Source of the DNA: Octopus vulgaris
Taxonomy: Eukaryota
Direction: 5' to 3'
DNA: 64,000 bases
NCBI GenBank assembly: GCA_951406725.2
Contig: OX597817.1
Location: 68,324,001 to 68,388,000 of the forward strand
Of this stretch, positions 25,689 to 37,161 are shown one piece after another. Position 1 is the stretch's first letter; each line of letters opens with the position of its first letter. The notes beneath the pieces were generated by a model. That model was not told the origin of the DNA, did no database searches, and saw only the letters and a list, made by a program, of their open reading frames with translations. Made by a program: the position numbers and the translations under genes.

Positions 25689-27192
25689 ATATATATATGT
25701 ATATATATATACACATTGGGAGAGAGAGAGTGGAGAAAGAATGAAAGAGAGAGAGAGAAGCACAAGAAGCTAGGAAGGGCCACAATCTATGTTCGAGTTA
25801 TAATATCCAAAACGGAAGATTCTCATGTCTAGCTTGTTATCTTATTATATAAAACAAGTAATCCTACACTTTTACAATTGCTTTATTTTATATATCAGAA
25901 TATCTTTTTTTTATTAAACGGCATTTTGTGTCATGATATTATAGTTAAAATACAAAGACTATTCTTTTGCTTATCAATTATTTATGCCAGAAGTGTGATA
26001 AATATAATACGCAATTACATAAAGTATAAAATTACTGAACTGATATGCATCTTTCTTTTTTTATAGTTTTTCTGTTGTATACAGATGTGAGAATAGCGCC
26101 TGAAAATCTTTAGTGATAGCTATTATTGAGAAAATATCTCAGAAAAATATCATGCAAGGCAAAACAAAAGGTGTACCAGTTATGTAGACAAGGACATGTA
26201 TGTGTATGTGTATGTGCATGTGTGTGTGTTTGTGCTTGTGTGCCTATGTACAGCAATATTTGTGCGTACATCTGTTAGCATGCATCAATACACACACACA
26301 CACATATATATATGTATACAAATTGTTATAAATCCAAACAAGTGTAAAAATAGAAGAAATGAAGTTGAAAATGCGCAGTGAATATTGTAGAATTAATTAG
26401 AATCTAATTGTATCATAAAATATAGGAAATAATTTCACCGGTTTCACATTAGATTTTCAACAGCATATATTATATGGAGCTGTGGCGCGAATTATGTCAG
26501 TTCTAGCCTTTATAAAAATACTTTGTTTTTTAAAGTACGAATGTGACTCAGGACGCCATCCGTTAGCGCACAAATTGATTAGTCAACGTTCATGTATTAA
26601 GTTTTTATGGGATTCGTGCGAGAAGGTCACATAGAAGCGTTTCTCCATTGAATATGTCACATGACAGCTAGAAAAGAGAGATATGAATAAGTGATATAAT
26701 AATTGTTTATATAAAAGTCTTATTGATAATTATTATTTATAATTCTGTCGGAGAGTAATGTTATCAATTAGTATTAATGTCCTCCCCTCTCATTCAACAT
26801 ATTCAAACATATCCGTTCTTTATTAACAAGGTGTAGGGTAAGTAAAATAATGAGATGTAGCGTAAATAAGATAAATGATGGCTGCTACATGCATTTTGGT
26901 TCTCCTAGAAACAAGACCAAGTCAACGTCCTACAATAATTAATTCATAAGAAAAGGAGACTCGTGAATTACTGATGCTTTTTATAGCCTGTTCTGTAGTT
27001 TTTACATTTTAATCCTTTTCTTCTGACGTAATGGGTAATTTATCACATTTAAATGACTTACTTATACTTGCTAATTACGTAATTATATGAATGAGGTTTT
27101 TACTCCGCTCAAACAACCGCTGTCGAAAACAATTAGATTATGAATCATATATAAAATGTATCCTTCTCTGCTGTTCGCTAATATATATATAT

Positions 27193-27687
27193 ACCGCAAA
27201 TCCTCCAGTATAGTCCGTTCTTGAGTATAATACGCAGGGGATATTTAGGGACCTGTACCTCTGAAAAATCGAAACCTCGTGTATAATACGCACCCCTTCT
27301 CTAACTTGAGTCAAGGAGGTCTATATAACGTCCTTGGTTTGTAAAAATGTATACGGTAACGTCCTTTATTATTATTGTATATATAACATAATGGAAACGT
27401 GTAGCTTTTTGTGCATTTTGTTTGCAGAAAATAAAGAAATAACAGTAATAACAGTAATAACGTTTAATAAATGTTGCTTACTGCAAGTTATGGATGATTC
27501 TTTTATGACTTCATTGCTTTCAGGCTTAGCTTAATGTATTTTCGCGCCCGACACCACAAAATGCTTCTGAATAAACATAGCCAGACAGCAAATAGAGACT
27601 TGAACATTGCTTGGAAAATAATTTTCATTTTTAACCTCGTATATAGTGCGCACTAGGGATTTTGACCTTTAAATTTTGGGAAAAAGA
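27193..27687. mobile_element. pogo/Tigger-like non-autonomous element remnant
   Basis: Begins TA|CCGCAAATCCTCCAGTATAGTCCG with repeated GTATAATACGCA motifs typical of pogo subterminal repeats; right TIR absent. Confidence 0.55.
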
Positions 27688-27702
27688 TAATACACACACT
27701 CA

Positions 27703-27919
27703 CGAGAGGATGCTGAAAAGCTCTTGGCTTTAAGGGTGCCGCGAAATGTCTGGTTGGAGGTCCAACATTCCAAGTTATTTTTTACAGAGCTTAGGAAAAC
27801 TTAAGGACTGCTACAATATGTGTATGAATCTGAGAGGGAAATATGTTAAATAAAATCATAATTAACTGATCCTCCTACATTTTTTCTATCCAAAGCCAGG
27901 AACTTTTCTGCATCCCTTG
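27703..27919 (+). mobile_element. Short mariner MITE
   Basis: TIRs CGAGAGGATGCTGAAAAGCTCTTGGCTTT / AAAGCCAGGAACTTTTCTGCATCCCTTG|TA; internal transposase 3' end (CMNLRGKYVK*). Confidence 0.78.
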
Positions 27920-28546
27920 TATATGTATATATGTACATCACAGTGCTACAAGAGAGAAGGAAGCTCAATAGAAGATGAATTGAAGAAAAGAACCTTTATC
28001 AAAGTAATTGGACGTTCAGTAATTCATAGTAACCAGGGATTTCATTTCGACTGGGAATAAATGAGTTGATCAGTTCAAGGATTAGCGACCGCAATGAAAC
28101 CACTGATAGAAACATTAATGTGCAATTGATGGGAATAATCGCTTTTATTTCATTTTAAATAATCTCCACTGTTTCTTCGAATCTCTCAAAATTGTCAATA
28201 AATTGAGAGGAGAATTTGTTCTAAACGTCTTTCGTATTTTCCTTGCATCGGTGAATTTCCGTTTAACGCATATAATTATAGTGATTTTTTAAATTCAATT
28301 CCGGGCCACAAGCCTGTTAAAACCACACTAAAATAATCTCATTATAATGAAATTTGTTACGAATATTTCAGTATAACGGAAGAAAATTAAATCCTAGCTG
28401 CAAAATTTACGTCAAAGCGGAAACAAACAATAAAAAGCTAAAAAGTTTCTAATTTCTCGTCGCACATTTGTCATCCTGTAAAGATACTGATATCCCACGG
28501 TATACAGAAACGCAACGCTCAGTTCTACACATTTATACACATAGTT

Positions 28547-28755
28547 GTGGAGGTGCGTGGCTAAGTGGTTAGGGTGTTGGATTCATGATCGTAAGATTGT
28601 GGTTTCGATTCCTGAACAGTGCGATGCTTTGTGTTCTTGAGCAAAACACTTCATTTCACATTTCTCTAGTCTACTCAGCTGTTAAATGTGAGTGATCGTG
28701 CGACGGACTGGCATCCCATCCAGGGAAGAATATATACGCCCGGGAAACCAACTCT
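28547..28755 (+). mobile_element. tRNA-derived SINE family 3
   Basis: A box GTGGCTAAGTGG, B box GTTTCGATTCC, then TTGAGCAAAACACTT and GACTGGCATCCCATCCAGGG; homologous to 35880-36070(-). Confidence 0.8.
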
Positions 28756-28936
28756 GTGCTTACACGGACTAATGTGGACAAACCATATACATAGTAACAA
28801 GGGGGGCTACGTTGAAAAATAACCCTCATTTGGTCACATTCCATGAAATTATCTTTGTCAGCCTGTGAACTTTTCAGGCAACCCTTGTAAATACCTCTGT
28901 TATTATTATTTTTTTGAATACTTAATACTCTATTCA

Positions 28937-29155
28937 AGGCAGCGAACTGGCAGAATCGTTAGTACGCTCGACGAAATGCTTAGCGGTATTTCGTCTGCCG
29001 CTACGTTCTGAGTTCAAATTCCACCGCAGTCGACTTTGCCTTTCATCCCTTTAGGGTCGATAAATTAAGTACCAGTGAAACACTGGAGTCAATGTAATTG
29101 ACTAGTCCCCCCCAACAAAAAAATTTCATGGCCTTCTGTCTTCAGTAGAAAGGGT
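28937..29155 (+). mobile_element. tRNA-derived SINE family 2 (native tail)
   Basis: GGCAGCGAACTGGCAGAATCGTTAG..GACGAAATGCTTAGCGGTATTTCGTC..GAGTTCAAATTCC..GTCGATAAATTAAGTACCAG..CCCCC..GGCCTT..GTAGAAAGG. Confidence 0.9.
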
Positions 29156-29188
29156 CATTGTTTTTTAAATATTTAATACTCTATCCAA

Positions 29189-29376
29189 GGCAACGAGCCG
29201 GCGAAATGCTTAGCGGTATTTCGTCTGCTATTACGTTCTGAGTTCAAATTCCGCCGAGGTCGACTTTGCCTTTCATCCTTTCAGGGTCGATAAATTAAGT
29301 ACCAGTTACGCACCGGGGTCGATATAATCTTTTGTTGTCTCCTTTGTGTTTAGTCCCTTGTGGGTAGTAAAGAAAT
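29189..29376 (+). mobile_element. SINE family 2 with Tx1-LINE-type tail
   Basis: Family-2 head and body, then TGTGTTTAGTCCCTTGTGGGTAGTAAAGAAAT followed by AGGTATTTCGTCTG. Confidence 0.88.
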
Positions 29377-29390
29377 AGGTATTTCGTCTG

Positions 29391-31127
29391 TGTGAGTTTG
29401 GATTTATTGGTAATTATTATTGAAGTGCGTCTGTATAGTAAGTGCAAGTCTCTATTGAATGTTTTTGTGTTATTTCCTCTTATAATTATTGTTCCTGTTA
29501 TAATTATTTGTGTGATAGTCTTCGCTCGAAAACTATCGTGTGTTTTCCATTGTGGGGGAAACATTAATTGCTGGCAAGCTGCCGAAAAGTGTAACTTCGT
29601 CTGGTGAAGAGTCGTCAACCGACAGAGAGGTAAAAAAGATTAAAAATTTAATATTTGGTGATATTTCGTATTCTTCTAAAAGTGAATTTCCTCAACCATC
29701 AATGTGTGCTGTTGCAAAGAGGAATATTGAAGTTTTGCGTCGGCGGCTGGAGGTGGAACCCGCCAGCTGTCGACAAACAAAAATGATCTGATAAAATACA
29801 AAGATATAACAATTGAAGACGTGTTGTGAAAGTTCAACACCTCGGAAGAACTATTACTGTTAGAAAAAAGAAAAACAATTATTTTAAAATCTTACTGTCT
29901 AAAAGGAAAAAAATGATCGAGTGAGCGAAGAGAAAGTTGAGAAGTGCTTGAAACCCATCTGGCAGGATATTACTATCGAGGTACGACTAAAAGATATAGA
30001 AACTGCACAAATGCACTCAGTTACATCTTTAGAAACGGAGGACGTTGTTTTAATTCCAATATATATGGGAATGAGGACGTCAAAGATACGCATACCAAGG
30101 GTCCTACCTCAAGTCGACCCTATGTGGTTGATGGCGACAGTCCGGGCAAAAAAGGAAGATAATATAACACTCCTTCAGGTTACCGTCACAGAAAAGGCTT
30201 ATTGGACCGGTCAAACGGTTCACCTAATACAAGCCGAACAATCAATTTTAGAACAGTTCCAGGAGAAAATAGAAATTGGGGAGGAATTCCTTAACGTATT
30301 CATCGAGGGACGTAAGCCCCGATGTTTCCAGTGTGGCCAGCTGGGCCATATAAAAAAAAGCACTGTAGAGACGGCGAGGAAGAATCCGATGGTGAGGAGG
30401 AGGAGAAGAGATAGCAACTAACAACAAGAGAAAAATGGCCCGTTTGCGATAAGCTCGCAAGACATGGAAAGCGTCAGTCTCCGACCTGTCCAAGATGAGA
30501 GGGACACAGAAAAACCGTCCCTCACGCTATTGCCCAGTGTCTGGAGATATCTGAAATGTGGGTTTATGCTGAACACTTGTTGTCCGGCGAAGGAAGAGTA
30601 CATCTGTCGATTGAGTCAATTATAAAAATCGACCCACCGGAAGTTTTACAAACGAAGGTAAGAATTGTTTTCTCACGGTTGTAGCAATAGTGAAAGAGGC
30701 AGTATGGAAGACTAGAATAACAGGGATTAAGACAGGCAACTTTATCTCCGGCTACGATTTACGATCATGTTTTACTTTTCCTTTGAAAAGGAAGGTGTGT
30801 CTGGAGAAGAGGTGTCTATCGGAGAGTATATTCAAAAAGAGATGGAAGCATGTTGCACGAGTGTTGTGCGTGCAAGGAACCGTGTGAATAGGCTATAAAA
30901 GAAGAACAAAAACAAGGTACCAGCGATAGATCGGGCTTATGGGGTCGGAGCGTGGCCTGATCATCGCTACATTTGTGTTGTCTTTGTATTGTTAATTTCA
31001 TTCGATTTTTTAAATATTTTATATAATTTTTATATTTATATTTTATGTAAAATCATAACGTATTCCTGATCCCAATCAGTTGTTTTGTCCATTTCTGTGT
31101 TTGGCTCCCTGTGGACAATAAAGAAAT
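29391..31127 (+). mobile_element. Tx1/L1-clade LINE derivative: 5' UTR + ORF1 (zinc knuckle) + ORF2 C-terminus; EN and RT deleted
   Basis: ORF 29921-30421 VFIEGRKPRCFQCGQLGHIKK; ORF 30690-30887 KEAVWKTRITGIKTG...KRKVCLEKRCLSESIFKKRWK is homologous to 43010-43219; 3' tail AATAAAGAAAT; flanked by GGTATTTC on both sides. Confidence 0.85.
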
Positions 31128-31128
31128 T

Positions 31129-31290
31129 GGTATTTCATGTCTTTACGTTCTGAGTTCAAATTCTGCCGAGGACGACTTTGCGTTTCATTCTTTCGGGGTC
31201 GATAAAATTAGTACCAGTTACTTACTGGGGTCGATGTCATCGACTTAATCCCTTTCCGCAAAATTTGAGGCCTTGTGCTTCCTGTAGAAA
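31129..31290 (+). mobile_element. 3' part of the host SINE (family 2) resuming after the LINE
   Basis: GGTATTTCATGTCTTTACGTTCTGAGTTCAAATTC...GGGGTCGATAAAATTAGTACCAG...GGCCTTGTGC. Confidence 0.88.
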
Positions 31291-32419
31291 TAATTTATAA
31301 GCTAAATTTGTTGTTTGTAAAGAACAATCCATTAAAACCAGATCTAGAGAATATCTATTGGAGCACGGATTTGAAGAAAAAGACATGGGCTGTTCTAACG
31401 TTCAACCGATTCTCTGCCAATATGAATACTGTAATTTGCATATCTTTAAGGTATACATACGTACATACATATAAATAGACAGACAGACAAACAGACAGGC
31501 ATGCACGCTAACGTACACACATACACAAAACGTGAATGGAACTGTTTTGCGTTGGTTTTATGACATTTCTATTTCGAGCTACGAAGGATGCCGATGCCCA
31601 CATTCTGCTGTGCTTCTGTGTAAATCAGAGAACGCAAAACCACAGCCGAACGTGGGCATCCTTTAAATCAGAAAATACAAAGAGAAGAACAAAATAGTTT
31701 TTATTTCAAGTAGTAAATTCTGAAAGTTGTTGATTCTAGTTAAAAGAAGAGGAAGACAATTGATATTGTTCACGACAACTATGAATTAGTCTAAAGAAAA
31801 ATCGAAAGACACAAATTTTAGTCCACAAAGAAAACACATAAGGGCTGCGATGTTGAAAAGACATTTTTTTTGTTTTGTTTACGAACCAAAGCGAAGTAAA
31901 GAGTACGACTAACTCTTTAGATATATCAAATCTCTTGGGTTTTCAGGCTGACTTGATTTGATGACCGCTATGGGATAAGAGATCAAGTTATTTGAGTTGA
32001 AGTAGTTGACGTTCCAGTTCAAAAAACAACCAAGAGGACAGAAAGGAAAATAAAAGAAGTTATTTCTTGTTACACTAAATAAAACATTTAATAATGATAA
32101 GACTGGTGATTTTTTTATTTCGCTGCACTCTAGCAGCCATAGGAGATCCATGCAAAGGAAGAAAGAACTCCAAACAAGGTTTTATCATTCTTGTTTGTTG
32201 CAATGCAACAGAAACTGAGGAATTAACGTTCCATTAACTTAGGAAGATGAAAATGTCCAAGATGTTTCAAAAACGTAATGTATATTCCAGTTCAAAATAA
32301 ATATCAACAGAACGGTTTAGATGATAAGAGATTATTTTTCTCACTTGCTTAACCAAACCGGGCTAGGAAATGAAAACAAAAAATAAAATGAATAATATTA
32401 CTACTGGTAGACTATTGTC

Positions 32420-32730
32420 TTTCTCGTTATATTTCGGAAGGTTACGGATCTTGTAGTGTCAAATTTTGAGATTGTAAGCTAAACTGATCTCCAAAGAGAA
32501 AGTTATTACACACTACCAAAGCGTGTCTCTCGATCTAGAATCAAAACTCAGCGCTGTAACAACTTAAGGTTCAAGCAGTCATGACTCTTCAATACTTTGC
32601 CACAAACTGATAGGATCTGTTCGAAAAGGTTGTATGTCTTTTAAAAGTAACATCAAAACAGATTCTAGAAAAACTTAATTCATACCAAGAAACACAAAAA
32701 TGGCAGCTATGACCAACTCTCTCTTACGCC
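32420..32730 (+). mobile_element. Highly degenerate CR1-group LINE 3' end
   Basis: VVSNFEI...CNNLRFKQS*LFNTLPQ...MAAMTNSL resembles the 2270-2590 translation; may extend upstream to ~31750. Confidence 0.5.
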
Positions 32731-32818
32731 AAAAGCCAGCAACATAGGGAAAACGAAAGTGAAATGAAAGGGGAATTAATCGCGGAGCCCAAGAATGGAC
32801 AGAGTTGGAAGGCTGATA

Positions 32819-34114
32819 CGAGGGGCGTTCAATAAGTAATGCCCCTGACCCACTTCCCATAGCAGTAGAGCAACGAAACTTGGCACAGTTATTAGTCTTT
32901 TTCTACATAGGAACCACCCAGAGTTATGCATTTCTCCCATCGGTTGATGTGGCTCTGGAGACCGTTTTTGTAGAAGAACCCAGCTTGGTCCTCCAACCTC
33001 AACGTGACTTCAGAAATCAAGGCTGCATCATCTGGGAAACGCTTTCCTTTCAAAAACAACTTCATGATTGGGAAGAGGTGAAAATCAGAGGGTGCAAGGT
33101 CAGGAAAGTAGGGGGGATGTGGAGGAGTTCATAGCCATACGCCTGTGCTTCTGATCTGGCGACAAGCGAGTTGTGGACCGGAGCGTTGTCCTGCAGGAGG
33201 AGGATGCCTTTGCTGATCTTTCCCCGCCTCTTGATTTTGATAACTTCTCTTAATTTCCTCAAAAGTGAAGCATAATAGGCTGCTGCAATTGTGGTACCCT
33301 TTGCCAGGAAATCTGTCATCACTACTCCGTCCTGGTCCCAGAAGACTGTGAGCATGACCTTGCCAGCGGAGGGCTGCACCCTTGCCTTCTTTGGAGGGGG
33401 TGAGTCACGGTGCTTCCACTGCATTGACTGGGATTTGGTCTCTGGATCATCGTGATGGACCCAGGTTTCCTCCTGTGTAATAAGTCTTTTGAAAAAGTTT
33501 GACTCATCTTCTTGGCACATCTCCAAATTCACCCTCGAGCACTCGACGCGTTCTTGCTTCTGGAAAGGCGTGAGCAACCTGGGAATCCATCTGGCAGACA
33601 CCTTTTGCATATGCAAATGGTCATGAATGATAGTTTCCACAGACCCGGTACTAATCTTGACCTCATGGGCTATTTGGCGAATAATTATGCGTCGATCTTC
33701 CAAAATGGCAGCCGCAACTTGACGGACAGATGCCTCATCAATGGCAGAAGGGGGCGACCAGATCTGGGAGCTGTTTCCACAGAGTGTCGACCATGTTTGA
33801 ATTCACGATGCCAGCATTTTACAAGGTCATATGATGGGGCATCATCACCATAAGTTACTTTCATTTCATCAAAAGTCTCCCGTGGTGTGCGTCCTTTCAA
33901 ATACAAAAACCGGATCTCTGCTCGACACTCAACAGGCTCCATTTCACACTTGACTCGGTTCAAACACCTGTAAATCGGAAACCACAATTAATTCAGAGCT
34001 GTAATTCACCACTTAATCTAATCTATAGAGGTATAAATAAGTGCACATGCAAAATTTCAGCTAGATCAAACAACTGCAAGTGGGTCAGAGGCATTACTTA
34101 TTGAACGTCCCTCG
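32819..34114 (-). mobile_element. Full-length mariner (irritans-like), transposase pseudogene 32892-33942
   Basis: TA|CGAGGGGCGTTCAATAAGTAATGCC.CTGACCCACTT TIRs and TA TSD; MEPVECRAEIRFL, ARWIPRLL, ITQEETW, LLQDNAPVH, frameshifted HPPYFPDLAPSDF, ..YVEKD*. Confidence 0.96.
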
Positions 34115-34375
34115 TAGAAGTAAAAGTGTGAATGTATGACTTCATGTATGCATGTGTATGTGGCCGTTTGTATTTGTACATGCATACACATAAAATATAT
34201 ATTTGTGTTAACACACACACATAATATATATATATATAAACACATTTAGTTTATATATATATGTATATACACACATACATATATAGATACACACTTACAT
34301 ATATATTTATAGTTACGTCTGTATATATACATATACACAATTACATATGTTTATACATACATGCATATATAACAG

Positions 34376-34697
34376 GCAATCTGTCGGTTATGTTGACAAG
34401 GGTTCTAGCTGGTCCGATCAATGAAACAGCCTGCTCTTGAAATTAACGTGCAAGTGGCTGAGCACTCCACAGACACGCATACCCTTAACGTAATTGTCAA
34501 GGAGATTCATTGTGATATGAAATACTGAGGTGGTTGGCCCTTTTAATAATAGGTACGTCCCATTTTTGCCATTTGAATGAACTGGAGCAACGTAAAATAA
34601 AGCATGTTGCTTAAGGATGCAACACGCCGCCGGGTGTCAAACTCACGACCTTACAGTCGAGAGCCGTATACTCAAAGGACTAATCCACGCCCCTTCG
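34376..34697 (-). mobile_element. tRNA-derived SINE (family 4), degenerate
   Basis: Reverse complement begins GGGCGTGGATTAGTCC..GGTCGTGAGTTTGACACCCGG (A/B boxes), then CCTTAAGCAA and CGTTGCTCCAGTTCA as in family 3, with a distinct 3' body. Confidence 0.7.
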
Positions 34698-35231
34698 CAC
34701 CTACACAAATATTCACATACACACACATATTTATACATATTTATACAAATATTCACACACGTATACACACACACATTTATTCATATACGCACATTTTGGC
34801 GCAGACTATTTGCCACCGCACGTTTAACATCACATCTGTTGCTGCTGAATCCATTTGCTATTAGATGATTAGGGGGCTCAGACTTGTTGGCACTATGAAA
34901 ATTTTACTGTTTTTCTCCATAACAATTAACTTGTTGACGCGTGCTGTTCATAATTACGAAATGAAAAATTGAATTAAATTACACTTTAGGAAAAAAAGAA
35001 AAAGAAATAGCTTAGAAACTTCTTATTTTTGATAATAATTTTTGCAGTGCATTTGTATTATGTAGAGGGAGATAATTCTATTTTGACTAATTCTGTTAAA
35101 TTGTTTTATCTCTTCTCTTTAAGTGCGTTATTTTTCCAAGGGGAAGGACTAGACGATTACCTCGACCTGGAACTTATTTATTTTGCTATTTCGTTGCCTT
35201 TATGGTATTAGTAGTAATAATAGTAATCCTT

Positions 35232-35833
35232 CATACTATAGGCACAAGTTCTGAAATTATGGCATGGGGGTGGGACTAGTCGATTTCATCGATCCCAGTA
35301 CTCAACTAGTTCTTACTTTATCAACCGCGAAAGGATAAAACGCAAAGTCGACGAAATACCTATTTTTTTACTACCCACGAGGGGCTAAACACAGAAGGGA
35401 CAAACAAGGACAGACAAACGGATTAAGTCGATTATATTGACCCCGACCCCGAAAGGATGAAAGGCAAATTCGACCTCGGCGGAATTTGAACTCAGAACGT
35501 AACGGCAGACGAAATACCGCTAAGCATTTCGCCCGGCGTGTTAACGTTTCTTCCAGTTCACCGCTGTAATAATGGTAATAATCATTTCTACTATAGTTAT
35601 GCAAGGCCTGGAATTTGGGGCAGAGAGTAGTCGATTACATCGACCCAGTACTCAACTGGTCCTTAATTTATCGACCCTGAAAAGGTGAAAGGCAAAGTCG
35701 ATGTCGGTGGAATTTGATCTTAGAACGTAGCGACGGGCGAACGGGCGAACGGGCGAACGTAGCGACGTAGCGACGGGCGAAATGCTGCTAAGCATTTCGG
35801 CCAGCGCGCTAACGATTCTTTCAGCTCGTCGCC
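35232..35833 (-). mobile_element. Tandem/nested cluster of SINE family 2 copies
   Basis: Copies at ~35585-35833 (native tail), ~35362-35565 (LINE-type tail, joined to GGTATTTCGTC at 35360-35350) and ~35232-35360 (host 3' part). Confidence 0.88.
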
Positions 35834-35879
35834 TTAATAATGATAATAATAAGAACGATAAAAGCTTCTTCCCGAGTAA

Positions 35880-36070
35880 TGTAGAGTCATATGGCCAGTT
35901 TCCTCGGTTTCATGACGTATATATTCCCCACATTGAAGGGATGCCGTTCCGTCGAAGATTACTCCTTTATGCCAGTTGAATGGACTGGAGAATCGCGAAA
36001 TGAAGTGTTTTGCCCAAGAACGCATCGCCTGGTCCAGGAATCGAAACCACAATCTTAACCACACGACTCC
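35880..36070 (-). mobile_element. SINE family 3, degenerate
   Basis: Reverse complement AAGATTGTGGTTTCGATTCCTGGACCAGGCGATGCGTTCTTGGGCAAAACACTTCATTTC, as at 28590-28660. Confidence 0.75.
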
Positions 36071-36759
36071 ACGAATAAGAATAAAAATAAAAATAAGAAT
36101 TATAGACGATTTTGCAAGGGTAACCTGTCTTCTATCAATCTTTACTTCCCGAATTCAAAAGCGTATATTGAAATGCCACTTCTTACAAGGCAGGTTCTCG
36201 ACCTTGAATTCCTGAAAACAAACACAGAACCGCAATCGGAATATCTTATCAATGGTTTTTTAGTTTTTACATTTGCTGAATAAAATTAAGCATTGTTTAT
36301 CGGTTTGGGCAGTATATATTCCCGCTTCTTGTGTTCAGAAGTGAAGCGGAATCGGTTTTACATTACTCTTTTTTTTCCCGGGGTAAATAGATAAAATACC
36401 AGTCTATGGCAGCTGACTGGCGGAATCATTAGGGCGTCGTGTTCGGGTAATTGTCGTCACATGCTCCGGCTCATTGCAATCTGAGTTCAAATCTTGCCAT
36501 GGCCTACTGAAGCGGTAGACTTAGTCCGTCGCCTGGTTCATTACCACTGCAATGTCTTTGGGTACCATTATTTGAGCCCATTCTGTTGCAAGCATTCTGG
36601 CCAGGCCTCCGATTTTCAGACACCTTTCTCCTTCCATCCTGGCAGTCAATGAATCTGCTCAAAAGGTCTTGGGCATTGCTCTTCCCTCATAAAAGAGCAC
36701 CATTACATTTTATTTTACTGCTATTAGATGTTCTACTTTTAAAAAATGAATATTTATAA

Positions 36760-36945
36760 GGCGGCGAGCTGGCAGAAACATTAGCATGCTTCTGTCTTTA
36801 CGTTCTGAATTCAAATTCCACCGAGGTCGACTTTGCCTCTCATCCTTTCGGGGTCTATAAATTAAGTACCATTTGCGTACTGGGATCGATCTAATTAAAT
36901 GGTCCTCTCCCCCAAAATTTCGAGCCTTGTACTTAGAGTAGAAAA
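36760..36945 (+). mobile_element. SINE family 2 (head hairpin deleted)
   Basis: GGCGGCGAGCTGGCAGAAACATTAGCATGC|TTCTGTCTTTACGTTCTGAATTCAAATTCC...GCCTTGTACTTAGAGTAGAAAAG. Confidence 0.85.
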
Positions 36946-37161
36946 GAAAAACAGGACATTTATGAGACATTTCATTTCGAGTACAACAAAAATATTTCGT
37001 CATTTTTAAACCATTAGAATGCACTGCGACAGGATATACATAAATTAATGAAAGGAAACTGCATTTCTGATGTAATATTCTTACACACACGCGAACATCA
37101 ATAAAAACACCTACTTTTTCCTAAAAAATTATAGGAAGTTTGTGTCTTAGTCATTATCCTT

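Noticed and set aside
28547-28620. tRNA gene candidate (also 53200-53275)
   Set aside because: A/B boxes present but no cloverleaf; continues into a multi-copy SINE body.
36510-36710. Possible minus-strand LINE 3' fragment
   Set aside because: Too degenerate to assign by eye.
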